Positions 1-8,975 of a stretch of DNA of 64,000 nucleotides are shown here, piece after piece. The DNA comes from an uncultured Eubacteriales bacterium (GTDB taxonomy: Bacteria > Actinomycetota > Coriobacteriia > Anaerosomatales > JAAXUF01): positions 10,007-74,006 of the forward strand of contig CAZIPN010000003.1 in NCBI GenBank assembly GCA_964541225.1, in the 5' to 3' direction. The position numbers were made by a program, and so were the translations under genes. The stretch's first letter is position 1. Every line of letters starts with the position of its first letter. The notes under the pieces were generated by a model that saw nothing but the letters and a program-made list of their open reading frames with translations, was not told the DNA's origin and searched no databases.

Positions 1-86
1 AGAACGGTCATCCCCGGACTGAACTCTAGCCACGCCTCTTCGATCAAAGCCAGGTTGCGAACGTGCAGTTCGTCGAGCACGGTCAT
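1..86 (-). CDS. recN: DNA repair protein RecN, 5' end only (continues past window start)
   Basis: The reverse complement of 1..86 reads ATG ACC GTG CTC GAC GAA CTG CAC GTT CGC AAC CTG GCT TTG ATC GAA GAG... = MTVLDELHVRNLALIEEAWLEFSPGMTV, the usual RecN N-terminus ahead of the Walker A. An ATGA start/stop overlap joins it to nadK. nadK-recN adjacency is conserved synteny. Confidence 0.6.
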   Translation of the reverse strand, partial: MTVLDELHVRNLALIEEAWLEFSPGMTV

Positions 87-931
87 CCCCCAAGGAACTC
101 TGATTCGAGCGTCTCGTAGAAGTGGCGTCCTTCCAGCTTCACCAGCAGGACATCCGTGGCACCGCGGGTCACGGTGATCCGCTCAAGCGATCCTCGGCAG
201 GGAATCGAGTCCCCGTCAACGATCAGACACGCATCAGCGCGCGTTGGGTCCGGCAACGTGATTTCGACGCTGTCGCTCGGGTCAGTCACGATCGGCCGTG
301 AACGCAAGGTGTGCGGTGCAACCGGCACGACCACAATCCCGCCGAAGCCGGGAGCAACCAGTGGCCCGCCGGCTGACAGCGCGTAGGCTGTCGACCCGGT
401 CGCGGTGGCCATCACCATCCCGTCCGCTCGCGTGTGCATGACGCGGTGCCCGTTGACCGCGAGATCGAAGGCCACGACGCGACCCGAGGCCCCACGCGAA
501 ACCACGATCTCGTTGAGCGCGATGTGGCTGCCGACGGGACGGCCACCCATGGCCACGTCCGCGCGAAGCGTGGCTCGGCGCTCCACCCTGGCCTCACCCG
601 CGAGCGCAGTCTCGATTGCATCGCGCATGTGCTCGGGACTCGCGCCCGAAAGGAACCCCAGTCGCCCGAATTTCACGCCAAGCACTGGCGTCTCGGCACC
701 GCCGAGTAGGTGCACGGCCTTCAGTATCGTCCCATCTCCGCCCAGCGCGACGGTCAAGACCAAGTCTCCGAAGTCTGAGGGCGGCACGCCGAAATCCGAC
801 AGCCCACTCGCATCCGCATCGTTGTGGGCCAGCACCGGATCGAGCCCCTCGCCGAGAAGCCACGCCGAAAGCTCGGTCGTCGCCGCGACGGCTTCAATGT
901 TGCCTGTGTTGGGCACGAGTAGCACCCGCAT
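83..931 (-). CDS. nadK: NAD kinase
   Basis: ORF 83..1006. GGDGTILKA, NEIVVSRG and ATATGSTAYALSAGGP motifs are present. The start is moved to MRVLLVPN (ATG at 931), which has GGAGG 9 nt upstream and avoids overlap with tlyA (stop at 933). Confidence 0.9.
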   Translation of the reverse strand: MRVLLVPNTGNIEAVAATTELSAWLLGEGLDPVLAHNDADASGLSDFGVPPSDFGDLVLTVALGGDGTILKAVHLLGGAETPVLGVKFGRLGFLSGASPEHMRDAIETALAGEARVERRATLRADVAMGGRPVGSHIALNEIVVSRGASGRVVAFDLAVNGHRVMHTRADGMVMATATGSTAYALSAGGPLVAPGFGGIVVVPVAPHTLRSRPIVTDPSDSVEITLPDPTRADACLIVDGDSIPCRGSLERITVTRGATDVLLVKLEGRHFYETLESEFLGG

Positions 932-932
932 C

Positions 933-1730
933 CTATGAGCCTCCCAGAGTCTCGTGTGCTTCCTCGACCACCTCACGTGCGGTCGCTGCGGTCGGTGTGC
1001 CTCCAAATGCGGCCCACAACCAGAACTCGATGTTACCCTCCGGGCCCTTGATCGGCGAGAAGGTCATTCCGCGCACGACAAGTCCTGCCTCACGTGCGGC
1101 CTCCTCAACAGCCTCCAGCACCCCAATGTGAGCGGCCGACTCCTTCACCACTCCCCGTTTTCCCACGCGGCCCTTACCCACTTCGAACTGTGGCTTTACC
1201 AACGCCACGGTTTGCCCGCGCTCGCCGAGCAGCGCAACAACGTGCGGCAACACCGTGCGCAACGAGATGAACGCCACGTCGACGACCGCAAGGTCGAACG
1301 GAGCACCAAGCTGCTGGGCATCCGCGGACCTGATGTTGGTGCGCTCCACGACCGTCACTCGCTCGTCGCTGCGAAGCGACCACGCTAGCTGTCCGTATCC
1401 GACGTCGAGCGCAACCACACTGGCGGCGCCCCGCTGCAGCAGGCAATCGGTGAAGCCGCCCGTCGATGCGCCCACGTCTATCGCGCGCACTCCTGTGGCG
1501 TCGAGCCCAAAGACATCCAGCGCACCGGCGAGTTTGTCTCCACCGCGCGAAACGTAGCGCCGCCGGGCGGTAACTTCGATTGGGGCGTCTGAGTCGATCA
1601 TCTGCCCGGCCTTCGTGACGACGCGCCCAGCCACGCGTACCTCGCCCGCGAGGAGCGCCGCCTTGGCACGTTCGCGCGAGGCAAACAGACCGCGATCAAC
1701 GAGTGCGGCGTCGATTCGGCGCCGAGGCAC
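933..1730 (-). CDS. tlyA: TlyA-family 16S/23S rRNA (cytidine-2'-O)-methyltransferase
   Basis: ORF 933..1817. S4-like N-terminus RRRIDAALVDRGLFASRERAKAALLAGEVRV, then an FtsJ-type SAM-binding motif DVGASTGGFTD. The likely start is the GTG at 1730 (VPRRRID). The ORF-track start at 1817 would overlap dxs by 122 nt. Confidence 0.8.
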   Translation of the reverse strand: MPRRRIDAALVDRGLFASRERAKAALLAGEVRVAGRVVTKAGQMIDSDAPIEVTARRRYVSRGGDKLAGALDVFGLDATGVRAIDVGASTGGFTDCLLQRGAASVVALDVGYGQLAWSLRSDERVTVVERTNIRSADAQQLGAPFDLAVVDVAFISLRTVLPHVVALLGERGQTVALVKPQFEVGKGRVGKRGVVKESAAHIGVLEAVEEAAREAGLVVRGMTFSPIKGPEGNIEFWLWAAFGGTPTAATAREVVEEAHETLGGS

Positions 1731-3684
1731 GCGCGTCCGCCTTCCTCGCAAGCCGGGAACCCTCGACCTTGCCGGGCAGATCGGCCAACCTGCCGAGAAC
1801 GGCAGCCGTGATGCCATCCGGCGTCAGCCCCACGTCGGCCAGCAGCTTCGCGGTCGCGCCGTGGGTCACGAAACAGTCCGGCACCGCAAGACGCAGAATC
1901 GGCACGTCCAGGCGCAAGTCCGCCAGTGCCTCGCACACGCCACCGCCGAATCCACCCATGCCGGTGTTCTCCTCGACAGTCACCACAAGGCGATGCGAGT
2001 TGGCCGCCCACGACACCATCTCCAGATCGAGCGGCTTAACCCATCGCGCGTCAATCACACTTGCCGAGACGCCCTTCGCCTCAAGTCGCTCAGCGGCGGC
2101 CAAGCACGTGTGCACCATGCGCCCGACTCCGATCAGCGCGACATCGCGCCCCTCCCGGCGAACGCGGGCCTTCGCGGCATCCCACGGCCGGGCCTCGGCG
2201 GGCAACTCCAGTCCCACGCCGGCGCCACGCGGATACCGGATGGCGACTGGACCGTCGGCATCAAGCGCAGTGCGTAGCGCCTCGGCGAGCTCAACCTCAT
2301 CGGAGGGAGCCATCACCATCATGTTCGGAATCGACCGCAGATACGTCAGATCGAACACGCCATGGTGCGTCGGCCCGTCCTCGCCGACAAGCCCCGCGCG
2401 GTCGAGACAAAAGACCACGTGCAGGTTCTGCAGCGCCACATCCATGATGAGCTGGTCGTAGGCTCGCTGCATGAACGTCGAGTAGATGGCAACAACCGGG
2501 ATGCGGCCTCCGATCGCCAGCCCCGCCGCCATCCCAACGGCATGCTCTTCGGCGATACCGACATCGTAGAAGCGATCGGGGAACTCACGCGCGAATCTGT
2601 CCACCCCCGTGCCCGATGGCATGGCCGCAGTGATCGCCACGATCCGATCGTCTCGCGCGGCCTCGGCGACCAGCGCACGCCCAAACGCCTCGGTGTAGCT
2701 CATCGGACCGCCGGAACCGTTTGGCTTGCCCGTCTCGATCGAGAACGGCCCGATGCCATGGAATGCATCCGGCTGGTTCTCGGCGTGTTCGTAGCCGTGC
2801 CCTTTGTGAGTTACCGCATGAATGATCACGGGGCGGTCTGAGGACTTCGCACGCTCGACGGCTTCCTGCACCTGCGAGATGTCGTGACCGTCGATGGGCC
2901 CCACGTACTTCAGGCCAAGCTCCTCGAAGAGCATCCCCGGCACGAGCAGTTGCTTGAACGACTCCTTGACCGCCTCGCCGGCGCCCACCATCGCTCGTCC
3001 GATGGCACTGGTCGCCAACGCGGATTCGACACCGTCGCGCAGCTTGGTGTAGCGCGGATCCAACCTCACTCGAGCCAGGTAGCTCGCCAGCGCGCCCACG
3101 TTCTCAGAGATAGACATCTCGTTGTCGTTCAGAACGATCACCAATCGCGGGCCCAGATGGCCGATATGGTTGAGCGCCTCAAACGCCATGCCGCCCGTCA
3201 TCGAGCCATCGCCAATCATCGCGAGGATCGTCTCCTCGCCACCCCGAGCATCGCGCGCAAGTGCCATGCCCAGCGCAACCGACAGCGAGTCCGACGCGTG
3301 ACCGGTGTCGAACGCGTCATACGGGCCTTCGTTGCGCTTGGGGAAGCCACTCATGCCACCGTACTGGCGCAGCGTCGAGAAGCGCTCGCGTCGTCCCGTG
3401 ATCAGCTTGTGGATGTAGGACTGGTGCCCCACATCGAAGACGATGCGGTCGGTCGGACAATCGAGCGCCCGGTGAATCCCCAGCGTCAACTCAACCGCGC
3501 CAAGGTTCGGCGCGAGATGACCACCGTTCGCCGAGACAACCCGGACGAGTTCCTCTCGGATCTCCTCGGCAAGAGTCGCCAGCTGCGCGTCAGTCAGTCC
3601 TTTGACGTCACACGGTGCGTCTATCGTGTCAAGGATGCGTTCGGGCACGTGGCCCATCATCTCCGTCATGTTTCGGGGCACCAT
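1696..3684 (-). CDS. dxs: 1-deoxy-D-xylulose-5-phosphate synthase
   Basis: 662-aa ORF with full-length Dxs pattern (GHLAPNLGAVELT, GHQSY.HK, GDGSMTGGMAFEALN, transketolase-like C-terminus). The exact start among M1/M6/M9/M10 is uncertain. Confidence 0.95.
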   Translation of the reverse strand: MVPRNMTEMMGHVPERILDTIDAPCDVKGLTDAQLATLAEEIREELVRVVSANGGHLAPNLGAVELTLGIHRALDCPTDRIVFDVGHQSYIHKLITGRRERFSTLRQYGGMSGFPKRNEGPYDAFDTGHASDSLSVALGMALARDARGGEETILAMIGDGSMTGGMAFEALNHIGHLGPRLVIVLNDNEMSISENVGALASYLARVRLDPRYTKLRDGVESALATSAIGRAMVGAGEAVKESFKQLLVPGMLFEELGLKYVGPIDGHDISQVQEAVERAKSSDRPVIIHAVTHKGHGYEHAENQPDAFHGIGPFSIETGKPNGSGGPMSYTEAFGRALVAEAARDDRIVAITAAMPSGTGVDRFAREFPDRFYDVGIAEEHAVGMAAGLAIGGRIPVVAIYSTFMQRAYDQLIMDVALQNLHVVFCLDRAGLVGEDGPTHHGVFDLTYLRSIPNMMVMAPSDEVELAEALRTALDADGPVAIRYPRGAGVGLELPAEARPWDAAKARVRREGRDVALIGVGRMVHTCLAAAERLEAKGVSASVIDARWVKPLDLEMVSWAANSHRLVVTVEENTGMGGFGGGVCEALADLRLDVPILRLAVPDCFVTHGATAKLLADVGLTPDGITAAVLGRLADLPGKVEGSRLARKADARASAPNRRRTR

Positions 3685-3747
3685 TCGCGCGTGGCATCAG
3701 ATGAGCATACCGCCGTCGCCGTCTGCCGTACAACGCGCTGGCAACAT

Positions 3748-4182
3748 CTACCTGCCGTCGTCAGCTGCGTCCGGGACGTTCTCAACGTCGCTCGCAACCG
3801 CCGACAAGTCACTCTCTTTGGCGGCCGCCTCTTCCTCAGACGACGGGTCATCGCCCAATCCTGGTGCGTCCGCCGCCTGAGCCGCACCGACCGTCTCGCT
3901 GGTCTCAGCTACAGCCGTGCCGTCCTGCGCTGCGACATCAATGTGTCCACTGTCGGTTGCCACTTTGGCACTCGCCGCGTTCGGCTCGGCAGGTTCCTGC
4001 GCAGAAGCTACGCTCTCCCAATCCTGCCGGTCGATCAGTTCCGTGCACGCGTTAGCCAGCCGAACGCCTTCCTCGAGCAGATCGAGGCTCTTCTCCAGCG
4101 ACGTGTCCTTCTTGCGCACTTGCGTGACGATGTCTTCTAGCCGCGCGCGGGCTGTGCTGAAGCTGTACGACTCGTCAGTCAT
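3748..4182 (-). CDS. xseB: Exodeoxyribonuclease VII small subunit with long acidic C-terminal extension
   Basis: From MTDESYSFSTARARLEDIVTQVRKKDTSLEKSLDLLEEGVRLANACTELI the sequence matches the XseB helical-hairpin pattern. The start at 4182 sits just after the nusB stop (4187). About 85 extra D/E/A-rich residues follow the XseB core. Confidence 0.8.
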   Translation of the reverse strand: MTDESYSFSTARARLEDIVTQVRKKDTSLEKSLDLLEEGVRLANACTELIDRQDWESVASAQEPAEPNAASAKVATDSGHIDVAAQDGTAVAETSETVGAAQAADAPGLGDDPSSEEEAAAKESDLSAVASDVENVPDAADDGR

Positions 4183-4186
4183 GCCC

Positions 4187-4609
4187 CTACAACTCCTGAC
4201 TCGTTTGCTCGGTCCACTTGATCGCGATCCTGCCGAGCACCCCATTCACGAACTTCGAAGAGTCGTCCCCACCGTAGACCTTGGCAAGTTCAACCGCCTC
4301 GTTGATAGCGACGCTCGCGGGCACCTCGGCATCGTGCAGAATCTCATACGTCGCGATGCGCAGTATGTTGCGGTCGACGAGCGGCATTCTCGACACCGCC
4401 CAATGCTCAGAGACCTGGCCGATCACCTCGTCAAGACCGCTCACGTGCTGCTCGACGCCGACGGCCAACCGCTTGCAGTACTCATCCGGTTCGCCGTCTT
4501 CTACCGAATAACTCCCATGGGCGAGTATATGACTCACGCTTTCGCCGGTGATGTCACGTTGGTAGAGGATCTGCAGCGCCTGTCGGCGCGCTCGCGTTCT
4601 TTCCAGCAT
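4187..4609 (-). CDS. nusB: Transcription antitermination factor NusB
   Basis: 140 aa. Typical NusB sequence ([10 protein letters not shown]..., [38 protein letters not shown]). Confidence 0.9.
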   Translation of the reverse strand: MLERTRARRQALQILYQRDITGESVSHILAHGSYSVEDGEPDEYCKRLAVGVEQHVSGLDEVIGQVSEHWAVSRMPLVDRNILRIATYEILHDAEVPASVAINEAVELAKVYGGDDSSKFVNGVLGRIAIKWTEQTSQEL

Positions 4610-4612
4610 CCG

Positions 4613-4963
4613 CTACTCGACGAACACGATGCCATCGACGTACACGTCCACCCCGCCGACGTCCACGCCTACCTGACCCGAAACCGCGTCAGCAACCGAG
4701 TGCTGCACGGCGTTCGCCACATCCTTGATCTTGTGACCGTACTGCACCTGCAAGTGAATAGTCGCTGTGATTGCCCCGTCCTCGCCAACGCACACATCAA
4801 CTGCTCGCGCACCGCCCTTGCGGGCTCCCTTCTGCACGAGTCCCGCGAGCCCGGGCGCACCAACAGCTGCTACGCCCTCGACACCCTCGGCAGCCATCGT
4901 CACGATGGTGTCGAGCACGCCAGGCGCCACACCCAGTCCCTCGAGTCTGATCTCGTCTGACAT
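4613..4963 (-). CDS. Asp23/Gls24-family envelope stress protein
   Basis: 116-aa product MSDEIRLEGLGVAPGVLDTIVTMAAEGVEGVAAV...VDVYVDGIVF fits the Asp23 family. ATG at 4963 is preceded by GGAGGGAG. The longer track ORF (to 5236) overlaps accC and is rejected. Synteny matches Bacillus yqhY-nusB. Confidence 0.85.
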   Translation of the reverse strand: MSDEIRLEGLGVAPGVLDTIVTMAAEGVEGVAAVGAPGLAGLVQKGARKGGARAVDVCVGEDGAITATIHLQVQYGHKIKDVANAVQHSVADAVSGQVGVDVGGVDVYVDGIVFVE

Positions 4964-4982
4964 CGCTCTCCCTCCATCGTGC

Positions 4983-6338
4983 TCAGGCGCCCGAAAGCTC
5001 GGTTTCCACGAAGTCAGTATAGACGTCGCCTCGCTGAAACGCCTCGTTCTCGACGACAGCCTGATGGAACGGAATCGTTGTCGGAATGCCGACGATGATG
5101 AATTCGTCCAGCGCGCGACGAGCGCGCGCAATCGCCTCGTCACGCGTCTCGCCCCACACCACCAATTTGCCGAGCAGGGAGTCATACGTTGGTGGAACGC
5201 GGTATCCCGAGTACACGTGGCTGTCAACGCGCACACCGAATCCGCCCGGTGGGTTGAAGACCTCGATCAGCCCTGGATGCGGCCGAAAGTTGTGCGCCGG
5301 GTCTTCAGCGTTGATCCGGAACTCGATGGCGTGGCCTCGCTTGACGATCTCCTCCTGCGTCTTGTGGCGCATTTCCTCGCCAGCGGCGATTCTCAGCTGC
5401 TCCTTGATGATGTCGACGCTCGTGATCTGCTCCGTGATCGGGTGCTCAACCTGAACGCGTGTGTTCATCTCCATGAAGTAGAACCTGCCGTCGGTGTCGA
5501 GCAGAAACTCAATCGTACCGGCGTTCTCGTAGCCAACCGCGCGCACGGCCTTCATCGCTGCCTCGCCCATCGCCTTGCGCAGCTCGGGCGTCATAGCCGG
5601 GCTCGGGGCCTCTTCAACAAGCTTCTGATGACGGCGCTGAATCGAACAGTCGCGTTCGTACAGATGCACGGCGTTGCCATGGGAATCCGCGAGAACCTGC
5701 ATCTCGACGTGGCGCGGGCGAGTGAGGTACTTCTCGATGTAGACCTCGTCGTTTCCGAACGCCGCGCCGGCCTCAGTCTTTGCTGCAATGAGGTTGGTCT
5801 TGAGCTCCTCGGCGTCCTCGGCCACCCGCATCCCTTTGCCGCCGCCACCGGCGCTCGCCTTGATCAGCACGGGGAATCCGACCTGGTTCGCGAACGAGAG
5901 TGCCTCCTCGTACGTTTCGACGACCCCGTCACTGCCCGGAATTGTGGGAACGCCAGCTGCAGCCATGGTCTCGCGGGCAACCGCCTTGTCCCCCATCCGG
6001 TCGATCGCCTCCGGCGATGGGCCGACAAACACGAGCCCGGAGTCAGCACACGCACGGGCAAATGCGGAGTTCTCGGCAAGGAATCCGTACCCCGGATGGA
6101 TGGCCTGCGCGCCAGTGCCAATCGCCGCCGCGATGATGTTGGACATGTTGAGATAAGACTGCGCCGCAGGTGCCGGACCAATGCACACGGCATGATCAGC
6201 CACAACCACGGGCAAGGAACCTCGGTCCGCCTCCGAAAAGACGGCGACGGTCTCGATGCCCATCTCCTTGGCAGCGCGAATGACGCGAAGCGCGACTTCG
6301 CCGCGGTTCGCAACGACAATGCGATCGAACACCGGCAA
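4983..6338 (-). CDS. accC: Biotin carboxylase (AccC / pyruvate carboxylase subunit A type)
   Basis: 451 aa with a full-length ATP-grasp biotin carboxylase pattern (RGEVALRVIRA, GYGFLAEN, GGGGKGMR, EMNTRVQVEHPITE). Confidence 0.9.
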   Translation of the reverse strand: MPVFDRIVVANRGEVALRVIRAAKEMGIETVAVFSEADRGSLPVVVADHAVCIGPAPAAQSYLNMSNIIAAAIGTGAQAIHPGYGFLAENSAFARACADSGLVFVGPSPEAIDRMGDKAVARETMAAAGVPTIPGSDGVVETYEEALSFANQVGFPVLIKASAGGGGKGMRVAEDAEELKTNLIAAKTEAGAAFGNDEVYIEKYLTRPRHVEMQVLADSHGNAVHLYERDCSIQRRHQKLVEEAPSPAMTPELRKAMGEAAMKAVRAVGYENAGTIEFLLDTDGRFYFMEMNTRVQVEHPITEQITSVDIIKEQLRIAAGEEMRHKTQEEIVKRGHAIEFRINAEDPAHNFRPHPGLIEVFNPPGGFGVRVDSHVYSGYRVPPTYDSLLGKLVVWGETRDEAIARARRALDEFIIVGIPTTIPFHQAVVENEAFQRGDVYTDFVETELSGA

Positions 6339-6350
6339 CCTCCGGGGGCC

Positions 6351-8195
6351 CTAGGCGGGCTCGTAGTAGAACAACACGGCGCCAAAGTCGACGAGTTCAC
6401 CGTTCTTGGCCGCCACCTCGCGGACGACCCCGCCTTCGTCGGCAGAGATCTCGTTCATCAGCTTCATCGCCTCAAGAATGCACAGCGCCTGGCCCTCGGC
6501 AAACGAGTCACCAACGGCAACGAAAGGTGCTGATCCTGGTGAAGGCGCCTCATAAAACGTGCCCACCATGGGCGAGGTGATCGTCTTCCAACTCGCTGGG
6601 CGATCGGTGGTCTGTGCGCCGGATCCCTCACCCTCGGTCACGGTCGATGCGTGCGCCACTGGTGCCGAGGTGGTGACAACTGGTGCGACATCTCCTCGGC
6701 GAACCGTGACCTTGGCATCGCCTTCCTCGATGACGATCTCGGAGATGTCCGAGGCCTCGACAACCTTGATGAGTTCACGGATTTGATTGACGTCCACCGA
6801 ATCGTCCTCTCTGACTGCGTGCAGCTCCTCGCTCATCAAGAAGACCGCCTTCTCGGCGCCTTCCTTGTGCGCACTCAAGTACGCTTTCGCCTCGTTCGGG
6901 AAGAGTGCGTACATGAGCACGTCTTCCTCGCTCCGGGCGAGATCGCCAATCTCAGCTTCGACTTCAGCATACGTCGTCGTAACCAAAGAACCTGGTCGCA
7001 CATCGGGCGAAAGAGGTTCATCTTCTCCGAGCACTCTGTCGACGACTTCCTTGTTCATCGGACCCGGCGCTTTGCCGTAGTATCCCTTGATGTAGTCCCT
7101 CATCTCGGACGGCACCACGTTCCAGCGCTTGCCCGTGAGTACGTTGATTACCGCCTGAGTGCCGACAATCTGCGAGAGCGGCGTGACCAGCGGCGGATAG
7201 CCCACCTCAGCACGCACACGCGGAATCTCAGCCAGGACATCGGGAAGCTGATCGCTGGCCTTCTGAACCTCAAGCTGGCTAACGAGATTGCTCATCATGC
7301 CGCCCGGGACTTGATGGCTGAAGACCTCCATCGAAAGAAGCGTGGTGATGCCGCGCTTCAACCCCTTGCGTTCACGAACAGACTCCCAGTACTCGGCGAT
7401 CTCGAAGAGGAGGTCCAGGTCGAGATTGGTGTCGTAGGGTGATTCCTTGAGCGCCGCAACAATCGTCTCGACAGCCGGCTGACTGTTGCCGAATGCAAGC
7501 GCGACCACAGCCGTGTCGACAATGTCAGCGCCTGCCTCGGCAGCCTTCACGTAGTTCATCGGAGCCATGCCGCCGATGTAGTGGCAGTGCACGTGAACCG
7601 GCAACCCGATCTCGGTCTTGAGCGCTCGGACCATCTTCTCGGTCCGAAATGGTGTGAGCATCCCAGCCATGTCTTTGATGCAGATGGTGTCGGCGCCAAG
7701 ATCCTTGAGCTGTTGGGCGTACTCGAGGTAGGAATCGAGCGTGTGCACAGGGCTCACCGTGTAGGAAAGCGCGCCCTCGAACAGACCTCCGCATTCCTTG
7801 ACCGCGGCCGCGGAGGCTTCAACGTTGCGGATGTCGTTGAGTGCGTCAAACACCCGGAAGACATCGATGCCGTTGCGCTTGGCGGCTGCCACAAACCGCA
7901 TGACGATTTCATCAGAGTAGTGGTGATAGCCGACGAGATTTTGGCCGCGCAGGAGCATCTGCAGCGGCGTGTTCGCGCAGTGCTTCTTGATCGTGCGAAG
8001 CCGCTCCCACGGATTCTCGTCGAGAAAACGCAGACACGAGTCAAACGTCGCGCCGCCCCACACTTCCATCGACCAGTAGCCGACGCTATCCATCTTCGGC
8101 AGGATAGGCAGCATGTCGCCGATCTCCATGCGCGTCGCCCACAACGACTGATGCGCGTCGCGCAGCGTCGTGTCGGTGATGTGCACAGGTCGCAT
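6351..8195 (-). CDS. Carboxyltransferase (5S/PycB/OadA-type) fused to C-terminal biotinyl carrier domain
   Basis: 614 aa. The N-terminus has the TIM-barrel carboxyltransferase pattern (ITDTTLRDAHQSL.ATRM, CIKDMAG, HVHCH). The C-terminus carries the biotinylation motif CILEAMKLMNEI. ATG at 8195 has GAGGAG upstream. Confidence 0.85.
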   Translation of the reverse strand: MRPVHITDTTLRDAHQSLWATRMEIGDMLPILPKMDSVGYWSMEVWGGATFDSCLRFLDENPWERLRTIKKHCANTPLQMLLRGQNLVGYHHYSDEIVMRFVAAAKRNGIDVFRVFDALNDIRNVEASAAAVKECGGLFEGALSYTVSPVHTLDSYLEYAQQLKDLGADTICIKDMAGMLTPFRTEKMVRALKTEIGLPVHVHCHYIGGMAPMNYVKAAEAGADIVDTAVVALAFGNSQPAVETIVAALKESPYDTNLDLDLLFEIAEYWESVRERKGLKRGITTLLSMEVFSHQVPGGMMSNLVSQLEVQKASDQLPDVLAEIPRVRAEVGYPPLVTPLSQIVGTQAVINVLTGKRWNVVPSEMRDYIKGYYGKAPGPMNKEVVDRVLGEDEPLSPDVRPGSLVTTTYAEVEAEIGDLARSEEDVLMYALFPNEAKAYLSAHKEGAEKAVFLMSEELHAVREDDSVDVNQIRELIKVVEASDISEIVIEEGDAKVTVRRGDVAPVVTTSAPVAHASTVTEGEGSGAQTTDRPASWKTITSPMVGTFYEAPSPGSAPFVAVGDSFAEGQALCILEAMKLMNEISADEGGVVREVAAKNGELVDFGAVLFYYEPA

Positions 8196-8336
8196 CGAGT
8201 CTCCTCATCGAGTTGGCGTCAGGGTGGTGGCTTTCGAACCTGAGAACGGCCGGACGTGCAGTCCATGGATTATATACGAGGCCGAGCGTGGCAGATACGC
8301 CCGCGCCCGGCCGCAGTGTGCGAACCGCGTACGGGA

Positions 8337-8897
8337 CTAGACGCGAGTGACGTAGCGCCCATCACGCGTATCGATCCTGAGCGTGTCTCCCGTGTTGATA
8401 AACATCGGCACCTGGATTACCGCACCTGTCTCCAGCGTCGCGGCTTTGGTACCTCCCTGCACGGTATCGCCCTTGAACCCGGGGTCGGTTTCTCTGACTT
8501 CGAGTTCGACGAACATCGGCGGTTCGACACCCATGTACTCGCCGTCGGCGGTCATGACCTCGACCTCATCGTTCTCCTTCAGCCACTTCGCCTGCTCGCC
8601 AACGAAGTCCCGATCAAGCTCAATCTGCTCGTAGCTCGCCGTGTCCATGAAGAAGTACGTCGATCCGTCGTTGTACAGATACTGCATCTTCTTAGTTTCG
8701 ATGCGCACATCATCGAACTTCTCGCCAGAGCGAAACGTGTAGTCCACCACGCGTCCGCTCTGAAGCTCCTTGAGCTTCGTACGGACAAACGCACCGCCCT
8801 TGCCGGGCTTGACGTGCTGGAAGTCCACAATGACCCAGCGCTTGCCATCGTGAACAATGCACATTCCGTTCTTGAACTGGGCGGTCGTGACTGGCAC
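8337..8897 (-). CDS. efp: Elongation factor P
   Basis: 186 aa, canonical EF-P sequence (FKNGM.I..DG....IVDFQHVKPGKGGAFVRTKLK). GTG start at 8897 with GAGGAG upstream. Confidence 0.95.
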   Translation of the reverse strand: MPVTTAQFKNGMCIVHDGKRWVIVDFQHVKPGKGGAFVRTKLKELQSGRVVDYTFRSGEKFDDVRIETKKMQYLYNDGSTYFFMDTASYEQIELDRDFVGEQAKWLKENDEVEVMTADGEYMGVEPPMFVELEVRETDPGFKGDTVQGGTKAATLETGAVIQVPMFINTGDTLRIDTRDGRYVTRV

Positions 8898-8975
8898 GTG
8901 TGCACTCCTCTTCGTGTGTCATCGGCGCGGTGAGGATGCCTCACACCCCTCGGCGATTCGCGCGTCCGAGCATTT

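Noticed and set aside
4767-6533. 588-aa plus-strand ORF. Similar cases are 2884..4140, 8256..8933, 10497..11471, 44820..45986, 55109..55984 and 57008..58297.
   Set aside because: All of them mirror well-supported minus-strand genes (accC, dxs, efp, the PilX-like gene, rarA, relA, the NIDO protein). They show shadow-frame composition and no independent signals.
8269-8274. Perfect TATAAT (minus strand) 74 nt upstream of the carboxyltransferase gene.
   Set aside because: No acceptable -35 (TATCTG at 17 nt) or extended -10 is present. A lone hexamer in a 141-nt spacer is not enough to call a promoter.
8930-8944. Small hairpin GTGAGG-atg-CCTCAC between pepP and efp.
   Set aside because: It has only a 6-bp stem and a 3-nt loop, with no U-tract. 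It sits 33 nt before the efp start in what is probably a co-transcribed pair.
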